Origin: Lama glama
Taxonomy: Eukaryota
Reading direction: 5' to 3'
Assembly: GCA_028534125.1 (NCBI GenBank)
Contig: CM052817.1
Span: forward strand, 14,324,001-14,388,000
Length of the DNA: 64,000 bases
Both the position numbers and the translations under genes were made by a program. Position 1 is the stretch's first letter. Every line of letters starts with the position of its first letter. The notes under the pieces were generated by a model, which saw nothing but the letters and a program-made list of their open reading frames with translations, ran no database searches and was not told the origin of the DNA. Of the stretch, positions 25,331 to 38,960 are shown piece after piece.

Positions 25331-27619
25331 TAACACCTGCAGTGTGATTCTTACCAGATGCAGGGATGCCAGAATAAGAATTAGTTAACACTCAGAGCCA
25401 CATGTGAGCAGTAATCCCAAACCAGGCTTCAACTTACCTGCAGGTTCTTGTTGAGGATATAAAGTTGAGTGGCTGTCTTTACAAACATTTTAGTTAATAT
25501 CTTATCAAGTTTTATCATAGTGCCACATCTATAATTGGGTATTTGGAATATAAAGGAAGAATAGAGAAGAAAAATGGCTAGGGAAAAATGTAATTTCTTG
25601 ATAACTCTGAAAAGCACTTTCTTTTCATTTTCTGAACTGATTACTAGCACAATGAAAAAAAATGAAAATCTTTGAGATTTCTCTGAAATGGAATTTAACT
25701 TAAAACTCTAGTGGCCCAATTTCTGCTACATTTCATTCCCTCTCTGTAGAATTTAAGTAGAAATTATGGTTAGGCAATGAAGGAGTTAACTCAAAAAGTT
25801 AGCTATAATACTATAATAAAAATTAATTTTAGAAGCATATTAGCATTTTTAATATACAGTCTAGTTTATAATAAAGTGACATTTTAAAATAAAGTTAAAA
25901 GCAAGTTAACTTGCTATCACCACTAATTTTATATACCTTTGCTATTAGCATTCTTTTTAAGCAAATTTTTAATACAGCTTCAAAATTTTCCTCCTAAATC
26001 AGAATCAAAGACTTTTTCTTCCTGTAATAATGTCTGGAATCTCCTACTGATGATACTTTCAAGACAACATATTTGTTTGACATTAATTATAACTGATCAT
26101 TGAAACCAGCGTTTCATTTAAGCCATACTCTGACAATGTACTAGGTGTTTATAGTTATTAGGATGCAATTAGAAAATACTGAAAATTTAGAAAAACAAAT
26201 ATTATAATAAAACCCTACAGGATTTGAGGAGTAGAGATAGGATTACATAGGATTATCCAGTTTCACGTAACCAATCCCAAAGCAACATCAGACAGAAAGG
26301 AGATTCTGGAAATCACTGCCCTTGGAAAAGGAAACTTTATCAGACGTAGAGTGTAAGACCAAAAAGAATATGTGTGAGTAACTAGCCCTATGCAAACACA
26401 AATAACTCGACAAACTGTTACTGAAACAGTCACCCCCTTTCACATCTGGCAACGGACAGGAAATTTCACAAATTTGTGCAAGCAGGCAGAATGGCTGAGG
26501 GAGACATCTGACTCACATTAACGACTGTCTTGTGGTTCCTTTGAGGACCAATTTTCCTTATTTAATTGGCCTCTGCTGTGTTATTAGACTAACTACCGCC
26601 TTAGAACAGTGCTTCATTTACCTAAAGTTATCCCTAGAGCTTTACTTTTGCAACTCTGAGTGTCCAGTTATCAGTTTGTTTCTGAAAGGAGTTTAAGAAA
26701 ATGAATTAAAAGGGTGTTGCATCAAACATAGCCCAAAATAAAACTCATGTATTTAAGCTGAAGAGATAGCTTTATGGAGAATTTAGAAGGGTTTAAAATA
26801 TTTCATATGTCAGATAACTATAATTTTAAGTAAGTTATTGATTTTTTTCCCCCATTCTTTGCTAAATGAGTGTGATTACCTCATCTCACCTACATTATGC
26901 TTAAAGAGAAATCCGGACCTTGGACAAAGGAATTTGAATTCTATGAGGATATATCTCAGTCACACTTAAGATAATTGGCTGACATATACTCTGAAATTTC
27001 TACTGACAATCAAAAAATAATCAGGTAAAAAATTTTTTTGTTCTTAAAGGAAATTTAGACCCTAAATCTCAAGGTAGATGCCTTGTGCACAACTGAAGTC
27101 ACATACATAATCCATTACGGACATACAAATATAGACGTAGATGTGGTTCTGGGATGCTAATGTAACAGTTCTACAGTCACTATTTTATTTTGCTGTATCT
27201 TTGAACTGATTGATTTCTTTTATGTATAGAGAATCCTGACATTCTATCTTCCTAAACTCTATGTTGCCTGTTCCTGCCACCAGCCAGCTCCTACCTCATT
27301 CTACAATTCTCAGTGCTACAAAGGACAACTATATTTTTCCAACACACAGCAAACTGCTCAAGATCATCAAAATTAGGGCATATGTTAGGCACACAAAGAT
27401 ATTAAAGATTATTTTGTCATCAATTGTTCAAGGCGTGAAGTTCTAGAATTTATCTTCTCTCCTCAACAGTTATATATGCTCATTTTGGCTATGCTCCTTA
27501 TATTTCAAATATTAAAAAGTAAAACTTATTTCCTCAAAGATTTTGTAACTATATAATGGGCTTTAATTGAACAAAATTCACTAGTTTTAAGGATTAACAG
27601 ACTTTGGTGAATTTATACA

Positions 27620-28260
27620 CTCATTCAAATTAAAAAGTCAAATCAAACCTTAAAGTCATCTTTAATGTCTCTTTTTATCATTTCACATCCAATCCATCAG
27701 CAAATTTCTTTGACTCAACCTTTGAAACATGCCCAGAATTTACTTTCACCACCTGCACCACTATTACCTCGTCCAAAGCCTCTGGCTTCCACCTGAATTC
27801 TTACAATGGCCTCCAAGTGATCTTCCTTCTTGGCTGACAAACAATAGCCCAAGCAGTCTTCTAAGAACATAGCTCAGACCATGTCACCTTTCTGCTCAAA
27901 AATCCTCACGCTGCTTCTCATCCTACTCAGAATAAAATTCCATCTCACCCACGAGGCTCCCTCTGAACCCCGTCCATCTCGTCTGTCTTCCTCTCACCCC
28001 CACTGCCCACTCTGGCCTCCTTGACCATCTTGCTACTCCCTGACTAGACCAGACGCAGTCCCACATCTGAGCCCTTTCCATCTGTTCACTCTACTGTGAC
28101 GTCTCCTCTCCCACATACTGGCCTGCTCAGTGCCCTCTGGTCACTCAGGTCCAAACGTCACCTCCTCTGCAAGACCTCTTGTACCACCTAATCCCAATTA
28201 GCAACTCCATCCTCACCCTCTGTGAATTTAGACTGCTTCGTTTTGCTTCTTAGAAAGAGT
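27620..28260 (+). mobile_element. L2 LINE fragment
   Basis: cacatccaatccatcagcaaat..aatggcctcc..cagaccatgtcacctttctgctcaaaaatcctca..ctcagaataaaattc. Confidence 0.8.
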
Positions 28261-28339
28261 TTAGCGTGCACAGTAGTGAGCACACCTAGTGTCCTATGTG
28301 AGGGACAGAGACAGAATGGAGATGACAGCCAGGACCCCA

Positions 28340-28640
28340 TCTATTCATTCAACACAGTATTTATTGTTCCTTTGTGCCAGACTGGTTCCTAGACACTGAG
28401 TATATAATCGATGATAAAATAAATGTAAACATATGACCTAAAGGAGCTTATCTTCCTAATCGAGAGAGAGAAGGAGAAATAAGTAAAATGTAATCAGATG
28501 GCAGTGGCTGCTATGGAGACAAAAAAAAGCAGGGAAAGGGAATACAAGATGTGCATAGGGAAAGGCAGAGAAGAGGGGTCCTGGTTGCCAGTAGAGGAGG
28601 CCAGGAAAGTTTTGTTGAGAAAGTGACATTTGAGTAAAGG
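28340..28640 (-). mobile_element. L2 3' fragment
   Basis: attcattcaacacagtatttattg..tgtgccag..aggagcttatcttc..gagaaagtgacatttgag. Confidence 0.75.
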
Positions 28641-30894
28641 CTATGTTTGTCTTGCTCGCTTGTGATTCTCAGTCTGATGGCAGGCATTCATTAACTATGT
28701 GCTGAATGAATGGATAAATGAAATGAAGGCAGAATTCCCAAGCATGTATCTTAAGCAAAAATATTAAGTGTCTCTATTGCTGTTTTGACAGTATCATCCA
28801 AAGAAATATTACTCTATGAAGAAAAGTTATTCTTTAGCAGAGGCAACCAGAATCAACTTCATATAATTCCTAGGCAGCTTTTAGTGAGTGTGTTATCCAT
28901 GTAAATGGCTTTTGAACCTCACAGATTGAATCTATTTAGTTTTGCAAATGGCCTATGTTAGAACCTGATGGAAAAACTATTTTAAATATTTCTGGAAGTA
29001 GTAGACAGCAACAGAATTCTGCTTCCTGCACGTGACATATACCTGAACAATCAAATATGCACCACCCCCTCTCAATGTTTATTTGTCCATAAGAGGGAAG
29101 GCCTGTTACCCAAGTAAAGATCATCAGGTCCCCACCAATATTTTTGATGTATAGATAGGAAAGGAGAATGTCACTTTTCCTTTCTGAACGACAAAGAAAG
29201 GAATGAGATCAATTTAAGAGTGCTAAAATCTTACCCACTGTGTAGGGCAAACCAGTCAAGTCCCAAAGCAAAGCAGTAGATCTGAGAGCAAAGAAAAGGA
29301 AGAGAGAGTAGGACAGAGCAAGGAGGAAAAATGAAAGAAAAAAGAATCATGATTTTGTTTGAGCTCCTAGATCCAACCATACGTGAAACTACATCCTCAT
29401 TTCCACTCACTCTTTTTAGCTATGGAAGTTGAAATTAGCCTGAGATTGTGCCTAAAGATGGTCTGTGAACACATTTACAGAATAAAGGACTTATTATATA
29501 TTTCTCAATTTTGTTTGACAAATGTGAATATTAAACAAACTATAATTCCATTTTGCTTTAAATGCAAAAGCAGTAAGTTTTTGATTTTGCTGTAACATAC
29601 CTGAATATATAAATGTTTTTCCATAGCTTAAAGTGTATTAATTCTGTGAAACTCAGACTAGTAGTGACTTTGTTACATAATTCACATCAGATAAATATTT
29701 GCATGTGCCCAAGGACTCACACTGCTGGTATAGAATCATCCAAAGATGGGTTATAGTATTCAACACACTTCCTCACTATGAGGTATGGCTAAACTGTTTG
29801 AATTCCATATAAGCTGTTTCTTACTTCACTTCCATGCATAATACTGCAATCTATTCTACACAAAATGAAAATGTTCTCAAATGCTTGTAAGCAAGGCACA
29901 CACAAAGAATTTTTTCCTTATCAAGAATATTCAACACAATAACTATTTTGGCACCTAGTGATGCAAATATGCTTTTCCATAAAAACTGTGTTTTTCAGGG
30001 CAAGCTTATTTTTGCATGTGTGCTTTATGAAAGTCTACCATGGGTGTGACCATGCCCCATATGAACAAGCAATGAGAACATACTCATGTATGACTCTTGT
30101 ATCAACACTGCCAGACTGGAAATCCCAGGGCTTCTCCAGTTACTGGACATCTGTCACACATGCTCATGTCTGGGATGCCAGAAAATAGAAGTATTAGAAA
30201 CAGAGGTATGTTTTTTAATAGACGAGAGACTAGGAATGTTTCTTTTCCACTCTCATTTGCTGACTTTTATTCACATATCAAATGTTGGGGAAAGGATGCC
30301 TCGGCTAGACTTCAGATTTGTTAAAAAGAAGGAGTCCCTGGAACCCCCTCAGGCTGAGCACCAAGTCCTTACAGCAAAGCCACAAGAAAGTTAGTTTACA
30401 AAAGTAGTTTTAATGACCTTTCAGTGAGATGAAACAGCGGAGCAGGCTGGTTGGTAGACATAAATTCAGGAAGCTGATTTCTCTACTACATGCATGCAGG
30501 GACAATTCAGTTTAGCACATTCCACATGCTAACAATTTGACTTTCCTAAGGTGATGCTTAAAGACACAAACCGGACAGGCGATACAACGTTTTTAAAAAG
30601 TCAGCACTTAGTGATGGAACCACATACGTTATCCCAAGGAGCTATAATTGCAAATTAATTCTTTTTTTTTCTGCAGTCTCATATTTCAACAATTTAAGTC
30701 ACACATAAAAGCAGCACTCATTCATGAGAAGAGGAAAACAATCTAAATAACTAATGAATTTCTTTTCAGAATGATGATTCATCTGTTTGACTTCTGAAAG
30801 GTGGATCCTCACGAGAAACAATAGACAATTCAATCATTTATTAACCTATTGAGACACAATCACTTACTATTTATGATCATGTTCATCATCAAGA

Positions 30895-31005
30895 AAAACA
30901 AAGGAAGGATGGGGAAGGGAGGGAGAGGGGGAATGATGGAGGGAGGGAAGAAAGACTGAAGACGGGAAGGGAAAAGAAAAGAAAGAAAAACCCCAACAAA
31001 AAAAG
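30895..31005. repeat. Purine-rich (GA) low-complexity tract
   Basis: aaggaaggatggggaagggagggagagg...aaaagaaaagaaaga. Confidence 0.8.
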
Positions 31006-32919
31006 AGATCAACCTAAAATTCATATCTTGATGTATCGAATTCTAAATTCCACACTAAATTATAACCAATGACTATTTAAAATTACTAGAAAGGTTTCAA
31101 CCACACACTCACCAAAACAAAAAATAAAATAAAATAAAACCTATTAAGCATCTATCTATAAGGTGACTCTGACAAATTTGATAAAAAAATAAATCTCAAC
31201 CCCACCAAAAATGCCGTGAGACTAGAAGGACTGTTTCCGAAATGATGGCCACAGCTGCATTTTGGTTTTAAATAAAGCTTTCTGAGTTACATTCCTGAGG
31301 CTTGGTAACTGAAACAATTTGCTTTTCTACAAGTATCAACACATACTACTGTTAATCAGCAGCTTAAATCAAAACTGGGACAAATACAATGAACTGAGAC
31401 TTTGTTTGCAAACCATCTCTGGATTCGGGCAATTCACAGCAAGTCTTCCCCATTAGTACTGCTAACTGAAATTTGTTATATAAATTGCTTTCTCCCTAAT
31501 TGCCTGAGGGGGATCAGGGTCAAGCCATATGTGAGTGTTTATTCAGGGGAAGAAGCAGGAAGCAGTTCCAAGACCAGAAATGAGCCTGCCGTCCTTCGCC
31601 ATGATACCCCCAGGGAGCCGCCGCTCCCATCCACAGCACAGACGGCCCCAAGTGCAGGCCTGTCTGGCCATGGGAAGTCAGGGTACTAGGAAAGGCATCA
31701 ATCTCCCCTGTTTTAGGGTTGGAGCCCTAAAACATTCTTAAAGAGTAAGAATGGCCGCTTGCATAATGCATACAGGATACTGAGAAGGAGGAGGGCTCAG
31801 AGAAACGGAAAGGAAAAGAAGGTACAGAATACGCTGCCTCTCTCCACTACAGCAACAATCACAGCAAGAGGACACTGTCTAGGAGCACAGGTCAAACTGT
31901 ATTTGTTCCCCCCAAAGCAGAGTGAAGATTCCAATCGAATTCCAGCCCCATTTATAGCTCAGCCTGGAATCTTTCATTATAGTGCTTTCAAGATTATTAG
32001 ATTGCTAACTTGTATCAGAATTATATACGTATGTGTCTTTCCTCCTCAGTAGATTATATTAACTATAATCTAAATCACAATTTGCCATTATATTGCAAAC
32101 AATGGAGATGTAATAAATTGTTGAATTTAGTGCCACAAAGTGGCGAAAGGGGTCATTTAAATAACCCATCCAATTGGAAATAGGAATGAGCCTCACTTTC
32201 ATAAAAATTTTTTCACACCAGAAGTAGGGGTTGTAGAGAGCAGGCATACTACCTCTGGTCTCATCAAGTCTTGATATAAATCACTAGGATCAGCGTTAAC
32301 TCGCAAATTCCCCACTGTTACATACTTTGTCTCTAGAATGCGAAAACTTGCACATTGGTGTAACACCACCTCTACAGCAGACCAGCACTGTTCTTCCAAC
32401 TGTTCACACCAGACTCAGCCACTGGCCACTCCGAGGCAATGATGCTGACAAAGCCTGAGGTCGACCCTGACGGTGCTGAAGGGTCCTTTGGCATAAGGCA
32501 TAGCCACATTGAAAAAATGGTTCTCACCAAATCAGCTAAGTGAAGATCAAGCAGCAGAAACCACAATTCTAGAAATCACTCAGATTTGATGCCATAGTCA
32601 TTCTAAATTGAGCTTTCTCACCCAAATGAATTTTCTGAACTTTATAGAGCCATGTTTTCTCCATAGTGAGTGAAGGAAAGAAAAGCATTTGTACCTCCTA
32701 ATTTACAGAGATGGTCTACATCTTTAAGTGCTTAAATAATCTTTAAGAACTCTCCCAGGTCATCCTCCCTTGTAGAAATCATGAACTGCCCTGGGAGAAC
32801 CAGTGGAAAGAGTGAGCCTGTCCAGTCTCTGAATTCTTTCGGGTAATAATCTCACGGGCATTCAGCAACTTCAGGCTTAGAGGGGATATGATGGCCTGAG
32901 TGTCCGTCCGAACCGCTAC

Positions 32920-33100
32920 TGACACTGCTGTGACCTCTTGGTCAAAGGACCTCCTGTCCACACTCCTTTAGTTTATCAATAAAACAAAAATAAGAACAAT
33001 AGCACCCTCCATGGTGATGCCGTGAAGGTTAACACTCAGGCCCTGAACCAGTGTCTGGCTCACAGGGACCCTGTTAAGTGCCGACCATTATTATTGAATT
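32920..33100 (+). mobile_element. MIR SINE
   Basis: ctgctgtgacct..ataagaacaatagcacc..cagtgtctggctcacag. Confidence 0.55.
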
Positions 33101-34343
33101 TAGTTCTGTTTCCTCAAGGAAATCCAAATGTGCTGAGATGCTTAAAAAAGAAAAGGTTACTGGCTGTTGATTGGGGGATAATGAGAACCCATCTTGAAAC
33201 ACAACCCAGGGAGCTTGGTTTAGAAGATACTTACAGAAGCAGAGCAGGACAGAGCAGGAGGTGATCCCATCCCAGGCCCCCAGGACACAACGCTGTGAAG
33301 AAAAATGATCAAAGCCAACTGGAACCCATCTTTCTTTGCCCAGATATTTATGCAACATATTGAGAGCAAAAGGTGTTTATAAAAAGTAGGGGACAGCAAA
33401 AGTAACAGCTGTTAAGCTGTTCTGACTGGGAGAACAAAGTAAGAGTTCCAAAATAAAAAAAAAAAAATCTGAAGAGAAGCAATTCTTTGTTTCCTCAAAG
33501 CACTGAAAAAACGCTGTTAAATAAGTGTCCCCATATATTCCCATGATCTGGGGTCACAGGTTTTCTAAAATATCTAAGCAATTTAAGTAACACGACTTCA
33601 GAATCTATCCTGCTTGCCTGAGGAAGCCAGCACGGCTGTTCTTGTTTCTGAACACTCCTTGGGGAGGTAGCCTATATTTTCTTGCCACTTTTAACCCCTG
33701 GTTTCCTCTCCCAGCTGGACCCTCATCGACCCCGCCCCCTTGCTGTGGCCGCTCAGCAAAGCCCCCGCGTGTGCTCCTCCGTTCTCCACAGCACATCTGA
33801 CACCCAGCGGTCCCCGGAAGGCTGGAAACAAATGATGCTAGAGATCGAATCCAAAACTAAACACAGCTTAAACTGTATTCTTTGACACATTCAAGTTTCT
33901 AGGCTTTCTCTCCTTTAAGATGTTTTCTCTCACTGCCCCTTCCCCCTCCTTAAATCCCAGACTGCTGCCTTGGCCCTTATCCTAAAGACCCTTCTGGGCC
34001 TCTACTTCCTTCCAAATTCCAGGGCCCCACATTTTTCTGGAACTGCTGGAAGTCAGTCTAAATTAACTGCCACTTTATCATGCAAACTAATTCAGCTCAT
34101 TTCCTCTTATTCTGCCTTTGTTAGACTAGCCCTTGGGGCCCACCTTCGTGTAATCAAGGGCCCTTTAAAATGTTTTTCCAAATAAGAGAACAGCCCTCTC
34201 CAGGAATAAATTATGTTTTTCTTATAGGACAGGAACCACACACTCAAGGCCTGCAAGGCCTACGTGGGCCTCTCTCTAGATAAATATAGATACAGACATA
34301 AACATAGATACATGGATACAGATATCTAGATCTGTCTGTATCA

Positions 34344-34344
<1 letters not shown>

Positions 34345-34382
<38 letters not shown>

Positions 34383-34386
34383 ACAC
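34345..34386. repeat. (CA)n microsatellite, preceded by a degenerate ATAGAT/ACAGAT repeat (34277-34342)
   Basis: Read directly from the sequence. Confidence 0.95.
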
Positions 34387-34489
34387 GGCATGATGCCTGG
34401 TATTAAGGCAACAGGGACTATTCCAGAGAAAACACATCAGTCTAAAGATGCTTAAACTAAAAAGATAAAATGCCTGGATAGGCCATCAT

Positions 34490-34720
34490 TGTAAATATGT
34501 GGACTTTTTAGTTGGCCAAATCTAGGTTCACATCGCAGGCCTACCATGTATGTCCTTGGACAAGCCAAGATCTTAGAAACCTTTCTGGAACTCATTTCCT
34601 CCCCTGTAAGAGCCGTAACCACATTTCAAATCCGTTGACAGGATTAAATGAGATGATGCATGTAGAGCAATTAGTAAACAGCCTGGATTAGAATAAGCAC
34701 TAGTAAAATAAATAACAGTT
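34490..34720 (+). mobile_element. MIR SINE
   Basis: ctaggttcacatc..ccttggacaag..ctcatttcctcccctgtaa..ggattaaatgagatgatgcatgta. Confidence 0.75.
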
Positions 34721-35242
34721 TACCAAATTTTAAAAGAAAAAAATTACAGAAGGGGAAACAAGAACACAGCGCAACTCATCGGGAAGGAGAAAAGCAATGC
34801 AAATCCTCGTCCTGTAGCTGCAACCCCGTCCCCTGGGAATCTCTGCAGCCCTCGGAGAAGGGGATAGCTAGCAGGGCCCAGGAGGTCCTGATCAGAAAGG
34901 GCTGATATCTGGTTAGCATCCACAAGGTTGTACCAGAGGTTAAAATATTTCTGAACTGCTCTGTAGCTACTGTCTTAGACAAAGAATAAAATCCCCTCTA
35001 GCCCACCTACTTTTTTCTTTTCCCTCGGAATTTCCCATGATTGGATAAAAAAGGTGACTGAATGCCTGATGTTCACGCCCACAGCTCTTAGGTCCCTGCT
35101 CCAGCACCGTGCAGTGCGCCGGCCTCCATTCCATCAGGCTGACACCTCTGCCCCTCGGGCTGCTGAATATTTTGATTATCCTTGCAAAAGGCAGAAGAGG
35201 TCCACAAGTCAAACAGAATCAGCAGGTGTTTCCACAACTGCA

Positions 35243-35718
35243 GTCAGGGGTGCACAGAATACACGACCCCAGACCGTGCCATTTTGGCATGCAGATTATT
35301 CTGAGCTGAAAAGCAATCGAGGTCCAGCAGACTCAAGAAAAACTTCTACCTCTCCCTCAGCGACCTAAAAGAAAGGGGGCCTGGACCAGAAAGACAGCTA
35401 TTAGCAGAGACAACTTCTTAACTGAAAGACCTGTCTCCACGGTAGGGCAAACTTCTAATTAAAACATCTGCCTTCTTATCAACCTGTGAATTTCCCTCCT
35501 CCCCTGTGGAGCCCCAGGCCTGATCCCATATAGCCCAGGGTGGCTGGTACACCTCAATCACCCGGCTTGCTGACTTGCCCTTGAGTCTCCTATCTTTGGG
35601 GCTCCTGTACATATGAAATTAAATTTGGGTTTTTCCTCCTGTTCATCTGTCCTATGTATTTAATTATTAGACCAGCCAAAGAACCTGGAGGGGGAAAAAG
35701 GAAAAGTTCTCCCTTACG
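35243..35718 (+). mobile_element. ERV1 solo LTR, MER34-like
   Basis: cagaatacacgacccc..ttttggcatgcagattattctgagctgaa..tcctcctgttcatctgtc..ccagccaaagaacct..ttctcccctac-like end. Confidence 0.75.
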
Positions 35719-37626
35719 GTATGTGTGAAGACGCTCTTGCTTCATTCCAGGTAAAGGTATAGAGGAGTGAAGCGAAGGCTAGTGGTACAGAAATGAGAGG
35801 TTTTCATGCCTTCGAACACTTGTAGACGGAAGGGAGGGAGGGAAAGTGGGAGCAAGAGAGAGAGAAAAAAAATAATCTAGGAAACATTTGGTAGAGTTAC
35901 CTTAAGAAGGAACAGAAAATGGATTCCATGACTGTGATTCATCCACTATTTCCACCTTTGTCTCTCAGGACATGAGTACAACTGTTAACACCTAATGATT
36001 TAATTCATTTCACCAAGACAGGCGCTACTGGAAAGATACGGTACTGAGAAACATCTTTCAAGAACTGTTAACTGTTCTGAGTTGTAAAGCTTTGACTATT
36101 TCTAAGGGACAAATGTATCATCTACTTTTCCTATGAAGCCAGTAGACAACATCCATGTAACTGTCATAGGAAATGTCACTTATTCTTCAATGTACAATTG
36201 CTTCTCAGATTCCACTTGGAAGGGTTCTGGAGCTTAAAACTCAGTTATTCATGATTTAAGAAATGCTCCATTAGCCTTTCACCATCCATACATAGATTCA
36301 CAGACACCATTAGCGAAAATCTTCAGAAGTAAGAACCACAGAAAGGTATTCACCAATTTATATGCAAATTTTTCACTGTCCCTTTTTAAAATATGACAAA
36401 GGTAGGAAGAAGAGAGACAATGAGAACCACGGCATTATCCAAAAAGGCTAATTTCTTCGAGTGTTTAAACCCTTAAATGAATTTATTCAACAAAGACTTT
36501 GGGAGCCTTCTGGGTGCAAGGTAGTATGTTCTTGAACTGGTCTGTTACTACAAATGTTTCTTCTCATTGAGAAGAAGTGGTACTACACCTGACAGGTGCA
36601 ATGGCCAACCAGGCAAGCTACAGCACTACTTCTTGTGTGCACGCCTGCCACAGACAGTGCTCATCAAAGACACAACTCTCTTTTGCTGAGAGTTCCCAAG
36701 CTAGGCTGGAGAGGTGATCTGGAGAGAACAATACAAAGACAGGATTATCAGCTCACTACAATTAAAAGACATGAAGGTGATTTGCCCTCTAAGAGCTAGC
36801 TAATGCATCTTTGATAACTACCACAGTGCCTGGCACAAGACGGTCACTGGGGAAATGTGGATTGAATGAGTGATTCGCTGAATGACTGCTGAAAGTCTGA
36901 GTTTTCTTTTGCACAAAATGATAAGACCAAGCATTGGGGACAATTTTTTGAACATACAAACAGCTCTATCTACCACAACAAAATTATAAGTGAGACCCAA
37001 AGGAATCCCTTGTTGAAAGCATTCCTGTCACAAAAATAAGCCCTGAATTGCATTCAGTAAACAGATCAATAGAAGGTTTCAAATGAATAGGTCTTGCACG
37101 AGTCATCAACGGCAGCTGAGTGAAAGATTCAGCAGGCTGCAGGATCACAGAGAGCATGTATCTTTGAACAGATTACTTGGCTATTTAAGGACAGGGAGAA
37201 AAACAAGGCTGAGACCTATTGTCGGGTTAGTTGAAATGTCTACCTCCCATGCACTGGTTCACTCTGTCCACCCAAGGTAATTTCCTTGCTAAGTTCTCTC
37301 TACATTTCCCAGAGACTTGCAAGGCAAAAATCCAGGGCTTTTGTGGAGCTATATCACATTCACCATGACTGACGGCACAGCCTCAAAAAGGAACCCCACG
37401 GTCATCTGATGGCGGGGCGGGAGGTCTGACCATATATCATTTGGCAGAATTGTTACAGCTGAATGGTTATGTCACACTTACATTCAAATGTACGCACACA
37501 TGTCTAAAGCAGGACTTATACATAGGAACTGGCTTTCATGGTCAGGGAAGAGTCCTGTGACTATTTTAAATTTATGGTGCCCTCCTCTGAATTTCTAAAT
37601 GCTTTTTAGAGTATTTGCTAATTTCT

Positions 37627-38038
37627 GTTGGACACTTCAGACCCACCCTCCATCCTGCTCCATGAGGCTGCCTGTACTTGGGTTCCTCAGCACTCTGGCT
37701 TTCGGTTGGTTTTTAGGTTTGGTGAAGACAGAGATGAGATTAGGATACATGTCTCCGGGCTCCCTCCCACAGAGTGGTGGAAAGTGGCTGTGCTCCCCTA
37801 GACAAGGCTGTAAACTCCCAACAGGAGGCGCTGTCCTACAGTCATGGCCACGGCTCTCTCCGGGTGCTGGCAAGGTTTCCTGCCTTCCCCATTCACAGCG
37901 TAGTAGTGGCTCCCCACGCTTGTTAACCCTCCAGTGCAGCACCATTCTGTGCTGGTTCCCTTAACCTTACCTACATATTTGTAAGTTGTGCTTTCATTAA
38001 ACTCTCCCTTGTTTTGTGCCAGGATTATATTTGATACA
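37627..38038 (+). mobile_element. ERVL solo LTR, LTR33-like
   Basis: cccaccctccatcctgctc..ctctggctttcggttgg..ggctccctccc..ttgtaa..ttcattaaactctcc..tgataca. Confidence 0.75.
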
Positions 38039-38160
38039 AATATATACCATAACATGTAGATTTGTTCTTACTGCCTTTTGGCATTTTCCACTTGATTCCA
38101 ATATCCATACATATATACTGGATTTAGAATTATCTATATAGATATGTAATTTCTAATGTA

Positions 38161-38538
38161 CAGTCATCCTTTGGTACCCCTAGGGGATAGCTTTCATTGC
38201 TTTCAGGAACCCCTCAGATACCAAAATCCAAGAAATGTTCGTCTCTTATATAAAATGGTGTAGTATTTGCATATAACCTACAACCTCCCATATGCTTTAA
38301 ATCATCTCTGGATTACTCACAATATCTAATACAATGTAAATGCTGTGTAAATAGTTATAAATGTAAATGTTATGTAAATAGCTATAAAAACAATGTAAAT
38401 GCTATGTAAATAGTTACTTGTGCATGGCAAATTCAAGTTTTGCTTTTTGGAACTTCCTGGCATTTTTAAAAAAATATTCTCAATCTGTAGTTGGTTGACT
38501 TCTCAGATACAGAACCTACAGATTCTGAAGGCCGGCTG
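38161..38538 (+). mobile_element. TcMar-Tigger MITE, MER2-like, with TA TSD
   Basis: ta|cagtcatcct...ggccggctg|ta; gataccaaaatcc, tataaaatggtgtagtatttgcatataaccta. Confidence 0.9.
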
Positions 38539-38729
38539 TATATATGTATAACTATATGTCTATAAAATCATGTGGATATAATTTCTAACTTAATTGTATT
38601 TCCCTGAGACAAGGAGTGTGCCATGTCCTCTGGGGCATGGTAAGAGGCAAACGAGTTAAGGAATTGACATAACTCTTAAACTCATTGCTGGAAAAGGGAC
38701 ATATTTGAGCAGAGTTGTGACAACAAATA

Positions 38730-38960
38730 ACAATTAAAATCTGTTAAGTGATCAGTATGTACCTGACAACTGTGGCAGACATGTTCCCTGTAACTATCAT
38801 AACTCCCATAACCACTGTGCAAGTCATATTTTACTATTCTCATTTTCAAGACAGGCAGTCAGAAGCTCAGATGTAATTTCAACATGGACCCAGGCCTAGG
38901 AAGTAGTAGAGCCAAGATGCAGACTTGGGTCCATCTGACACCTGAGCTCAGGCTCTTTCT
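38730..38960 (-). mobile_element. MIR SINE
   Basis: cataaccactgtg..tattctcatttt..gaagctcaga..gtagtagagccaagat. Confidence 0.6.

Noticed and set aside
34315..34342. Hairpin GATACAGATA..TGTCTGTATC
   Set aside because: By-product of the adjacent simple repeat; too short for a pre-miRNA.
37599..38055. Overlapping 85-121 aa ORFs
   Set aside because: Chance ORFs in a GC-richer LTR33-like LTR.
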